Source: Macrostomum lignano (lineage: Eukaryota). From it: a stretch of 64,000 nt of DNA. Each line of letters starts with the position of its first letter. Within the stretch, counting starts at the first letter, position 1. Positions 1-12,800 of this stretch are shown here, piece by piece. Position numbers and translations under genes: made by a program. Location of the stretch: positions 186,001 to 250,000 of the forward strand of contig NIVC01000330.1 of assembly GCA_002269645.1 (NCBI GenBank), given 5' to 3'. The notes beneath the pieces are model-generated. The model ran no database searches and was not told the DNA's origin. It was given only the letters and a program-made list of their open reading frames with translations.

Positions 1-598
1 TACGTCGTAAAATCTAAAGAATTATACAATTAAATACTGGTATAAAATCATGAAGTAACAAACTACTCATTTTCAAACGAACTGCACTCGCTCCACCGGC
101 TGAGAATCAGCATCAGAAACACAGTGGAGACTCGGAGGAAATTCTCCTCTTGGAAAAACAATAACCAAGCAGAATCCTTCAGGATAAATAGATAGACAAT
201 CGATCTGAAACTTTTCGCAAACTCTTTATCTGCGGGTCAGCAGGGCCTGAGAAATCGGGTTTTTTTCCGGCTCTCCTACCGAGCCCGCCCCCAGCCCATA
301 GCCCTGGAGAACACTCGACCGGGCCCGGCAGGCAAAAATATTAAAAAAGCAGAGAGAATAAGCAAACATTCTTTCGTGCCAATCGCTGCTCCGCCACAGT
401 CGCCGATCCTTGAGCTCTGGCAGAATTTTTTTTTTCTGAGCGCGCAGACAAATACATGTTGTAGGCCCGGGGCATGGATAGGCCGGAGGGCAGCTCAACT
501 CTCTCAGGCTACACTGGGGTTGTTGTTGCACTTTCCTTCCTGCCAGTATCCAAATCTATGGGTAGGTGGGTCCAGGCTGTTCTCATCTGAGACAATCC

Positions 599-599
599 T

Positions 600-682
<83 letters not shown>

Positions 683-853
683 TTGTGTCTTAGTGTCTGT
701 CTGTCTGTCTGTCTGTCTGTCTTAGTGTCTGTCTGTCTGTCTGTCTTTGTGTCTTAGTGTCTTAGTGTCTGTCTGTCTGTCTGTTTTAGTGTCTGTCTGT
801 CTGTCTTAGTATCTGTCTGTCTGTCTGTCTGCCTGTCTGTCTGTCTGCCTGCC

Positions 854-896
<43 letters not shown>

Positions 897-897
897 T

Positions 898-980
<83 letters not shown>
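599..980. repeat. (TCTG)n microsatellite with variants
   Basis: Direct reading. Confidence 0.95.
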
Positions 981-1575
981 ATTGCGCTCACATTAGCGAG
1001 GTGTCTACGAAAACATGATCAAATACATGACTTTTTTGGCCTGCAGATTAAGACTCAGACCTCACCAAAATGGCCCCCTAGCAACTAAACCTCCCTAAAC
1101 TCGTCATGCATTTTGCATCGGCGCTTTATCGCCAATCCGGTATGCTCAGCCGATACGAGCTCACGGCCCCGTCCACTGCTCACACGATGCCAGACTCTCA
1201 CAGTCTCCTATGCGGCCTCCCCCATCCCCAGTTTCTGACGCTCCATCCTGAGGAGAAGAAAAATAGAAAAACAGTCCCATTTTTCGATAAATGACCGACT
1301 CCGGTGTTGGGGCGGTGAGCTGCTTCTCTAAGTCACTCTGAATTCTGGCATAAATTATGCAACAGGTAAATTATTTCTTGTGAAGGAAAAACACTGCCAA
1401 TCTGGGGCTCTGCATTTCCCTCATCCATCTCTTTCTCCGGTTGGCCAAATGAAACCAATTCTTCTTGCCATTGACCCACTCACGGCGAGCAGTTTCTCAG
1501 GATGTAATGGAGGCGATTTTAAGGTCTAAATTGATCAAATAGTCGAAAATCTGAAATCACAAATGGAGTGCTGGA

Positions 1576-2267
<692 letters not shown>

Positions 2268-2520
2268 CCAGCCGCACTGCAGTGGCTCCGATTCCCCCTG
2301 ACGCCCCTCGGCCCCAGTCCGGGCGTTCTGTTTGGTTTTCAGTCGCGTGACGCCTGCCTTCCGCTCCCCTCACCGCTCCACCCTGGCGGACGGAAGCGGC
2401 AACCGGCGGGCGGCAAATCTCAGAGTCGGCGCGCAGTCGCCGCCCCGCCGTCCCGCGCCGGTCGTTATTGTCCGACTTGCGGCGCCTTGGATGCGGAAGG
2501 CCGCAGGGCGATTAAAAAAG
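2268..2520. promoter_or_regulatory. GC/CpG-rich island, candidate (possibly bidirectional) promoter region upstream of GluCl
   Basis: CpG-dense unique sequence between repeat arrays, with no ATG-initiated ORF of recognisable homology. Confidence 0.3.
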
Positions 2521-2732
2521 ACGGATTAGAAGAAAGGGAAAGAGTGAGGGGGCCGGATGCTGGATGGAGCGGAGAACTGCAGAAAGGATGGAGATGGAGA
2601 ATAAGAATTGTGCAGCCGTGTGCATCAGAAAATGCTCCAGTATTAATTGATGAGGCATTCAGAAAAATGAGTTGAATAACAGAAGGTCATTGAAACTCAT
2701 GAGTATATAAGTTATTACGGACTGGAATGGCG

Positions 2733-3558
2733 CCGTACAGATGCAGTACTGAATCCGTACAGATTCGGTGCTGAATCCGTACAGATGCGTTGCTGAATCC
2801 GTACAGATGCGTTGCTGAATCCGTACAGATGCGTTTCTGAATCCGTACAGATGCGGTGCTGAATCCGTACAGATGCGGTGCTGAATCCGTACAGATGCGG
2901 TGCTGAATCCGTACAGATGCTGTGCTGAATCCGTACAGATTCGGTGCTGAATCCGTACAGATGCGTTGCTGAATCCGTACAGATGCGTTGCTGAATCCGT
3001 ACAGATGCGTTTCTGAATCCGTACAGATGCGGTGCTGAATCCGTACAGATGCGGTGCTGAATCCGTACAGATGCGGTGCTGAATCCGTACAGATGCTGTG
3101 CTGAATCCGTACAGATGCTGTGCTGAATCCGTACAGATGCGGTGCTGAATCCGTACAGATGCGTTTCTGAATCCGTACAGATGCGTTTCTGAATCCGTAT
3201 AGATGCGGTGCTGAATCCGTACAGATGCGTTTCTGAATCCGTATAGATGCGGTGCTGAATCCGTACAGATGCTAGGCTGAATCCGTACAGATGCTGTGCT
3301 GAATCAGTACAGATGCGGTACTGAATCCGTATAGATGCGGTGCTGAATCCGTACAGATGCGGTGCTGAATCCGTACAGATGCTGTGCTGAATCCGTACAG
3401 ATGCTGTGCTGAATCCGTACAGATGCTGTGCTGAATCCGTACAGATGCTGTGCTGAATCCGTACAGATGCGGTACTCAATCCCTACAGATGGAATGCTGA
3501 ATCCGTACAGATGCGGTACTCAATCCCTACAGATGGAATGCTGAATCCGTACAGATGC
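2733..3558. repeat. 22-bp minisatellite GCTGAATCCGTACAGATGCGGT
   Basis: About 37 copies, ending about 250 nt upstream of the GluCl ATG. Confidence 0.95.
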
Positions 3559-3809
3559 GGTGGTCCCCAGTGTGCAGTGTGTTGCACCAATTCCAACAAT
3601 CCATAGCTGAGCCGCTATGGAGCTTTCTTTAACAAGTCTGGCTTTCGAGAATTTCCCCCCAACTCTGCCAGTTTCATTAATCCTGTTAGCGGCACACTGA
3701 AAGGGGGATGTCAGGACTAATTTGAGTTCAGTCAGTTTAACAAACAGCGAACTGCTTCTTTGCAGAAATCGGCTGGGGACAGAAATCTCCACACAGCTAA
3801 AAGTTGGGC

Positions 3810-6800
3810 ATGTGGCTTTGTTCCCCGTCGCAAATGCATCTTTTGCTGCTTCTACTGCTGGCTCTGTTGCTGACGTTGCTTTCGGTCTTTTCTGGTGGCG
3901 GCTTTGCCAATGCAGAATGCGTTATGAATATTACCAGGTGAGGTTGCTTGAATGTTGCTCAGGAGTCAACTTATATTATTATCAATGGATGTTTTACAAG
4001 AAATATACATAAATTTCTAATTTTGATAATAATAATGCAAATTCAATACAGCAGTTACTTCGAGTTTAATGCTACTCTTACAAATTTTTTTGTAATTATT
4101 AACAGGTGAAAATATATTCTACGAGTATAATTGTAAAATAGGTATTTAGCTCTGTTAAAATTTATTAGAAAATGCTAAAAAAATAATAAAATTAAAATAT
4201 ATAATGAATAAATTTATTAAATCAATTACAAAATAAGAGCAATATGCGTATATTAGACTACAACTATGATATTTTAAGTTATAAGTTATAATCCAAAATA
4301 GTAAAACAAAACAGCTGTGGGTATATCTAGGCGGAATATGGAGGAAAACAGTAATGTTGTAAACTTAGTCTTCCCATAAAAATCTACTTAAAGTAACAAA
4401 GTACTTTATTGCTAAAAGCACACCTTGAATTAATTTGCGCTTAACACGCGGTTGATTAACGAGAGAAAATAACTTCTGGCCTCTTCAGTTTAAGCTCGAG
4501 AGCCAATTTTGTGATTCATTGCTTGCGGCCAGAGCAGGCCAGCGTCTCGCTCCATCAGAAGAGACTGAGAGAGAGAGAGACGGCCATTACTGCAAGCGAA
4601 CTTCCTTTCTATCAATCTCAGCCTTTCAATCAATAATAGGCCTTGATGAGGGACCAGCGACAGGGACCACTAGAGACACCTGGATTGGATGTACGTGTGT
4701 GTATGCGCTCTGGGGGAAGAGGAAATGATGCTGATTTTAAGATAATTTCAAAAATGGAGCATCAAACCTGTAACCCGAATAGGCACTACCGCAACTCATT
4801 GAAAAATTCTGCAAATTTGCATGCACAGATTTTCTGGGTCTGCTCACAATTCCCTCTAGTCCAGGTGTGTTCAGAGGTCCTGGTCTAGCCGGACTTTTGT
4901 AACTTTTTGTTTACCAAGACTCGTTTGCGCGCAGACTGATCCCGATCCTGCGACACTTCAATTCCAGCTTCATAGCAGAGACCAAGTATGACAAGAGGAA
5001 CTCTCCGAATCAGAGTAAATGGATTCATATTGTTACCAACTTGTAGTGCTAACTATTCATTAACATAGATGTGCTTCCTTAGCTATACCTATAGTACAGT
5101 TTAATATTCAAGCCTTTCCTCGTAGTAAATTATGTGGAATTTATTTTTGAATATTTTAGCTTATTAACCTATTGTTAATTAGTACTACGTTCTGTAATGT
5201 TTTTATTTATTAATACTTGATTGTTGTGGCAACCTACACTGCAATTATTTCTGTAATAGAAGATATGTAGCTAAGATCATTTAGAGTGATACCCAAGACC
5301 CTACAGTCCTACATAGTGATACCCAAGACCCTACAGTCCTACAGAGTGATACCCAAGACCCTACAGTCCTACAGAGTGATACCCAAGACCCTACAGTCCT
5401 ACATAGTGATACCCAAGACCCTACAGTCCTACATAGTGATACCCAAGATCATTTGGTCCTTCAGAATAAAGCCACTTTTTGTTCTATTAATTTAAAATTT
5501 AACTACATGTGCAGAAGTCCATCCTGATACAGTGAAACTGCATTGAAATTACTGCACATTGAATGAACTAACATGTCTCGAACTTGGGACCGCTTCCAGC
5601 TACCAGCTCTATAGAAAGCTATCCGATCCGAGAACCTATAACCGCAGAGTGCATCCAGCGGGAGTGTGTGAGTTGCAAATTCACCGTTCAACACACTTCT
5701 ACGAAGCACTTTTGGAGCGCGAAAGATTGCATGCTGAGAGCATCAGTATCTGTTTCAGGATGTACAGGGTGTCCCATAAGTAACTTTACAACTTGTTTCG
5801 TGAATAACTTTGTGATTAATGCTTGGATCCCCACCAGATTTTAGCATAGGAAAATATACAGAAAAGGGATTTTTTGACACCAAAAGCATGTTCATACGTT
5901 AAAAAATACAGTCCGTTCAGGGTCCTTCGATGTGGCCACCGCCGTTTGTAAGGCAGGCCTCCAGCCGCCGCGGAAAGTCCAGCAGGGCTTTGGTAAGCGT
6001 CTCAGGCGAAATCTGGGCCTGATATGAACATGCTTTTGGTGTCAAAAAATCCCTTTTCTATATATTTTCCTATGCTAAAATCTGGTGGGGATCCAAGCAT
6101 TAATCACAAAGTTATACACGAAACAAGTTGTAAAGTTACTTATGGGACACCCTGGTGTATTTTTAAAAAAACACGCCGTTTTTAAGTTGTACTTTTCTAT
6201 TTTAATGTTTTACTAGTAAATACGAGAGTAAAGTAAAAGTATTATTCCACTTTTTTGATTAATTAACATTCTAAAAAATTGACGAACACGCAGAGCTTAG
6301 AAGGTGTTCTTGTAACCTTTCTTGTACTTGTTCGTGTTCTTGGACGGATAATCCGTCCGGGTTTTGATGTCAAGAGTCTGAGGTTTTTTCCTAGAGAGAG
6401 AGAACATAGTTTGTAACTAACCCTGACAATAGTGAATGATTTCGGGAGGTTTCACTAGCAATAAACATTCGCACAAAAACATTGAATAAAATAATTTTAT
6501 TGATTCTAAACAACAATCTCTCTTCTTCATGGAGCATTGAAGCTCACGGACTTAAATATTCTTCACAATCAGCATGCAGCGCTTTATTGCTTAGAAGTCC
6601 TTTTTGATTGCGTCCCCTGGTCCGGAGTGTTACTTCTTGTCTACTTATTTCGGCCACATGCAGCTCACCAAGCCTCTCTATTCTCCTCTCTCCTCTCATC
6701 TCTCCTCTCCTCTCTTATCTCTCTCCCCTCTCCCCTCCTCTCTCATCTCTCTCCTCTCTCCTCTCCTCTCTCATCTCTCTCCTCTCTCCTCTCCTCTCTC

Positions 6801-9800
6801 ATCTCTCTCCTCTCTCCTCTCCTCTCTCATCTCTCTCTTCTCTCCTCTCCTCTCTCATCTCTCTCTTCTCTCCTCTCCTCTCTTCTCTCTCCTCTTCGCT
6901 CTCCTCTCCTCTCTTCTCTCTCTTCTCCTCTCCCTCTCTTCTCTCCTCTCCTCTCTTTTCTCCTTTCTCCTCTTCTCTCTACTCTGTCTTCTCTTTTATC
7001 TCATCTCTCCTCTCTTCACTTCTCTTCTCTTTCTCCCCTCCTCTCTCCTCTCTCCTCTCTCCTCTCGCCTATCCTCCCTCCTCTCCTCTCCTCTCTCCTC
7101 TCCTCTCTCCTCTCTTCTGTCCTTCCCTCTCTCCTCTCTCCTTTCTCCTTTCTCTTCTTTCTTCTTCTCTCTCCTCTCTCCTCTCCCTTTTCATTTCTCC
7201 TCGCTTTCCTATTCCATCTCCTCTCTCCCCTCCTCTTGTCCGCAGTCATGCGCTAGATTCTCCACCTGGGCCTGGAGTCAAAGAGTTTGCCAAGCCCTGA
7301 CTTAGCTAATGTTTACAATTTTGGGGATATGACGCATGAATAACAGGTATTTACCGAATTTAACTCTTTCCACAAACTTTTGACATAAAAGAATTCAATT
7401 TGTTTTCACCCCCCGCAGCCGGTCCCACAGTGATACTGCTTGGCATCTACATCAACGGGTTCAACTACATCAGCGAGCAGTCCATGGTGCGTAGACGTAC
7501 TTTGGGTTTGTAAACAAAAGAGCGCTGCGCACTGGCCGATCGGGTTGAAAAGAAATTATGAAAGAAAAAAATTTGAGCACAACTGCCAGCTGCTCCCCCA
7601 AATTCGATTGAAGTGGCCAGCAGCTCATGCATAATCCTTGAGCCTCCTGTGTCTGCTCCGCCCCGTCCCGCGCTTTGAGTCCGGTATGGGGGACGCTATG
7701 GGCTGTTTTTTTAATTATTCACCCATGGGACGCTTTCTTAAGCTCCGAAAGGGGGGTGAGTAGACTTGAGCATATGCCCAGCCGAGTGTGCTGAGACTTT
7801 CAAAGCCAGTTGCGGGGCGAAGGTGGAAAGGAGGGCAATAAAGAGGATTGGCCCAGCCAAGCTAATAAATCGCACTCTGAAACCCGCGGCGCCGTGACAT
7901 TTACAATTCAGAGTCTTCTGTCTGTCGCCGGCTGGAGAAGGCGGACCCCCGCTGCGCCTTTCCTTCCTCTCCCCGGTTTTACAATTCTCAATGCGGGCTT
8001 TCTCAATATTAAGGAATTCTTAATTGCATTTGCATAGCGGAGAGGACCACCTGGGGTGCAGTGCAAGCAGGGTTTGATCCGATCAGACTCGCCAATTTGA
8101 TTAAGGAAAGTGGCTCAGCTGGCCAAAATCGATATTGTACTACTCCGGGAACTCGAAATTTCATTTTAATTGCTCTCGCCTTAGCCCAAAGTACCACCAC
8201 AAGTTAAGCAGAATTGGCCGCGGTTAGTACGCAGATGGTGTAGAATACAGTCAGGAAGCTGCTTTCTCGCAGTGGCAGCCCCTCGGATTCTCACACCTGG
8301 TCACCTGTTTTACTCTGACCGCACAACCGAAATTCTTCAAGGACTACGAAATCAACTTGTACCTGCGAGAGCAATGGTGGGACCCGCGGTTGGCTTTCAA
8401 CGAGACACAACTGTGCGGCGTCGAGTTTATGAAGCTGCCCGACAGAGCGTGGGACAAAATCTGGGTGCCGGATGTCTTCTTCCGGTGAGTGTGACCGGTG
8501 TCTCTGAGGTGCCGGATGTGTTCTTCCGGTGAGTGTGACCAGTCTCTCTGAGGTGCCGGATGTGTTCTTCCGGTGAGTGTGACCGGTGTCTCTGAGGTGC
8601 CGGATGTGTTCTTCCGGTGAGTGTGACCGGTGTCTCTGAGGTGCCGGATGTGTTCTTCCGGTGAGTGTGACCGGTGTCTCTGAGGTGCCGGATGTGTTCT
8701 TCCGGTGAGTATGACCGGTGTCTCTGAGGTGCCGGATGTGTTCTTCCGGTGAGTATGACCGGTGTCTCTGAGGTGCCGGATGTGTTCTTCTGGTGAGTGT
8801 GACCGGTGTCTCTGAGGTGCCGGATGTGTTCTTCTGGTGAGTGTGACCGGTGTCTCTGAGGTGCCGGATGTGTTCTTCCGGTGAGTGTGACCGGTGTCTC
8901 TGAGGTGCCGGATGTGCTCTTCCGGTGAGTGTGACCAGTGTCTCTGAGGTGCCGGATGTGCTCTTCCGGTGAGTGTGACCAGTGTCTCTGAGGTGCCGGA
9001 TGTGCTCTTCCGGTGAGTGTGACCAGTGTCTCTGAGGTGCCGGATGTGTTTTTCCGGTGAGTGTGACCAGTGTCTCTGAGGTGCCGGATGTGTTTTTCCG
9101 GTGAGTGTGACCGGTGTCTCTGAGGTGCCGGATGTGTTTTTCCGGTGAGTGTGACCAGTGTCTCTGAGGTGCCGGATGTGTTTTTCCGGTGAGTGTGACC
9201 GGTGTCTCTGAGGTGCCGGATGTGTTTTTCCGGTGAGTGTGACCAGTGTCTCTGAGGTGCCGGATGTGTTTTTCCGGTGAGTGTGACCAGTGTCTCTGAG
9301 GTGCCGGATGTGTTTTTCCGGTGAGTGTGACCAGTGTCTCTGAGGTGCCGGATGTGCTCTTCCGGTGAGTGTGACCAGTGTCTCTGAGGTGCCGGATGTG
9401 CTCTTCCGGTGAGTGTGACCAGTGTCTCTGAGGTGCCGGATGTGCTCTTCCGGTGAGTGTGACCAGTGTCTCTGAGGTGCCGGATGTGCTCTTCCGGTGA
9501 GTGTGACCAGTGTCTCTGAGGTGCCGGAAGTGTTCTTCTGGTGAGTGTGACCAGTGTCTCTGAGGTGCCGGAAGTGTTCTTCTGGTGAGTGTGATTAGTG
9601 AGTGCGCTTTTGTGTGAGTGCGCCAAGCTGTTAAATTGCTATTTGAGCTGTGCAGGTTGAAGGGAACGCATACACATTGTTACTTTTCTACACTTCCCCC
9701 ATTTTTAAGGAACGAGAAGAAGGCCGCGTTTCACGAAGTAACTCTGCCGAACCGGCTCATGCGTCTCTACCCCAATGGCACCGTGTACTATGCTGCTAAG

Positions 9801-12800
9801 TGAGAGCTGACTGACTGACTGACTGACTGACTGACTGACTGACTGACTGACTGACTGACTGACTGACTGATTTAAGTGAGTGGTTGACTGACTACTTACT
9901 CACCATCGACTTCAGGATCACGGCCACCCTATCGTGCCAGATGAAGCTGCACAAGTACCCCCTGGATACGCAGGTTTGCCCAATTCAATTTGAGTCGTGT
10001 GAGTCGCATCGGTTTCTTTTATTTATTAGTATTATTTACGTAGCTTTTCTACTTTTCTAGCTAGGCTACTACGAGTAACTAAGTAAGCACACACTGCTGC
10101 TAACTGAACCCGCAGTCGGTCACACGGTCAAGGCCAATGTCTACCAGTGGCGCCAGATGCCAGTGGAAACGGACGAGCAGCTCATCCTGCCGCAGTTTGA
10201 GCTGCACGCCACCAATACGAGGAACTGCCAGCAGACCTACGCCACGGGTGGGTCGGCGACATCTGACTGCTGCATGCGGCATCTGACTCTCCCAGATCCC
10301 TTAGCCTCTCTGACTCTCCCAGATCCCTTAGCCACTCTGACTTTCCCAGATCCCTCAGCCCCTCTGGCTCTCTCCCAGATCCTTCAGCCCCTCAGCCCCT
10401 CTGACTGTCTCCCAGATCCCTCAGCCCCTCAGCCCCTCTGACTCTCCCAGATCCTTCAGCCACTCTGACTCTCCCAGATCCTTCAGCCCCTCTGACTCTC
10501 CCAGATCCTTCAGCCACTCTGACTCTCCCAGATCCTTCAGCCACTCTGACTCTCCCAGATCCTTCAGCCACTCTGACTCTCCCAGATCCCTCAGCCCCTC
10601 TGATTCTCCCAGATCCCTCAGCCACTCTGACTCTCCCAGATCCTTCAGCCCCTCTGACTCTCCCAGATCCCTCAGCCACTCTGACTCTCCCAGATCCTTC
10701 AGCCCCTCTGACTCTCCCAGATCCTTCAGCCACTCTGACTCTCCCAGATCCTTCAGCCACTCTGACTCTCCTAGATCCCTCAGCCACTCTGACTCTCCCA
10801 GATCCTTCAGCCACTCTGACTCTCCCAGATCCCTCAGCCACTCTCTCCCAGATCCCTCACCCACTCTGACTCTCCAGTTTTCTCTCAATGCCTGTCACTG
10901 AGTCTATTTAATAAATACTTTCAGAAGTCGGCATAAGCTTTTCTCCTCTTTATCTGAACAGGCGACTACCCCTGTCTAGAGGTTGAGTTCGTGCTCAAAC
11001 GCAACATCGGCTACTACCTGATCCAACTGTACGTACCCTCGGTGCTGATCGTGATTCTGTCCTGGGTGGCCTTCTGGATCTCCATTGACGCTATTCCGGC
11101 CCGGGTGACCATCGGCCTGCTGACGGTGCTGACTATGACAACGCAGAGCGCCACGGCCCGGGCCAGCCTGCCCAGGGTTTCGTACATCAAGGTTGGCCGG
11201 GTGGCGGCGGGGTAGGGGTTACTGGGTGTCAGGGTCTTTCAATGGTTGAAGGGTCAGCATATGTAGCTGGGGTCAGGATGTCAGGATGTCAGGGTGTCAG
11301 GGTGTTAGGATTTCAGTGTGTCAGGGTTTCAGGATGTCAGGATATCATGGTGTCAGGGTGTCAGGATGTCAGAATGTCACGATTTCACGATGTCAGGCTG
11401 TCAGGGTGTCAGGGTTTCAGGATGTCAGGGTGTCAGGATGTCAGGGTATTAGTATGCCAGGATGTCAGGATGTCAGGATGTCAGGGTGTCAGGATGCAGG
11501 GTGTTAGAATGCCAGGATGTCAGGATGTCAGGATGTTGGGTGTCAGGATGTCAGGGTGTCAGGATGTCAGGGTATTAGTATGCCAGGATGTCAGGATGTC
11601 AGGATGTCAGGATGTCAGGATGTCAGGATGTCAGGATGTCAGGATGTCAGGATGTCAGGATGTCAGGATGTCAGGATGTCAGGATGTCAGGATGTCAGGA
11701 TGTCAGGATGTCAGGATGTCAGGATGTCAGGATGTCAGGATGTCAGGATGTCAGGATGTCAGGATGTCAGGATGTCAGGATGTCAGGATGTCAGGATGTC
11801 AGGATGTCAGGATGTTAGGGTGTCGGGATGTCAAAATGTCATATTTTCAAGACAGCAGGGTGTCAAGACGTCACAAAGGTTTCACAATTTTGTATGTCGG
11901 GTTGGCTGGAAGCCAGGATAACTGTGACAGTACACCTGACATCCTGACCTCAATCTACATGCCAGGCCATGGACGTGTGGATGAGCATCTGCCTGCTGTT
12001 CGTCTTTGCCTCGCTGCTAGAATTCGCTGTCGTCAACGTGTTCAGCCGCAAAGAGATTCGCAAGAAGTCGCAGGGCCTCAACATCTTGTCTGAGACTGCG
12101 AAGAACTTCGAAGAGATGATATGCGCTCAGGTGAGAGTCTCGACGGTGATCGGGGTGGAACGATTAATGAATTGTGATGGAGAATTCCCCGAGCTCGATT
12201 TTTTATAACGGGGAATTCCTTGATAGTGATTTTCGATGACGGGGAATTCCTTGATAGTAATTTTCGATGAGGGGGAGTTCCTTGATAGTGATTGTCGATG
12301 ACGGGGAATTCCTTTATAGTAATTTTCTATGACGGGGAATTCCTTGATAGTGATTGTCGATGACGGGGAATTCCTTTATAGTAATTTTCTATGACGGGGA
12401 ATTCCTTGATAGTGATTGTTGATGACGGGGAATTCCTTGATAGTGATTGTCGAGGACGGGGAGTTCCCCGTCGTTAGAATTTTCTAGTCTAATTGTTTTA
12501 AACGACATTGCCTCGCTGTTGAATATTTATTTGTTATTCACCTTGTTGAGTCTTGATTTTTGATTTTTAAGTGCTTGCTCTAAATTTCGAAGATACCAGC
12601 CGCCAGAAACGATTATTTCAGAGGCAAATCAATAGACGAATTTTCCGAGTGAGTTTTTTTCCGATATATTTTTTCGGTGCTAACTTCCTTTGAAACTACT
12701 TACCCGCGAACAAACGGTGTCAGTAGTATTGATGCGCATGTATAAAGTATATACATGTAAAACAAGACGAGGATACGGAGTTTCTTGTTAATTGATCTCA

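Noticed and set aside
541-1088. Possible plus-strand micro-exons (tgccag|TATCCAAATCTATGG|gtaggt; ctgcag|ATTAAG...)
   Set aside because: They cannot be linked to any start codon or recognisable protein.
5503-5783. Short ORFs beside the mariner element
   Set aside because: No transposase or other motif recognised; they lie outside the TIRs.
6341-6358. Hairpin GGACGGATAATCCGTCC as a Helitron 3' end
   Set aside because: Not followed by CTRR at the expected distance, and no 5' TC end is identifiable.
8427-9626. 399-aa minus-strand His/Thr-rich ORF
   Set aside because: Antisense reading of the 44-bp donor-duplicating array.
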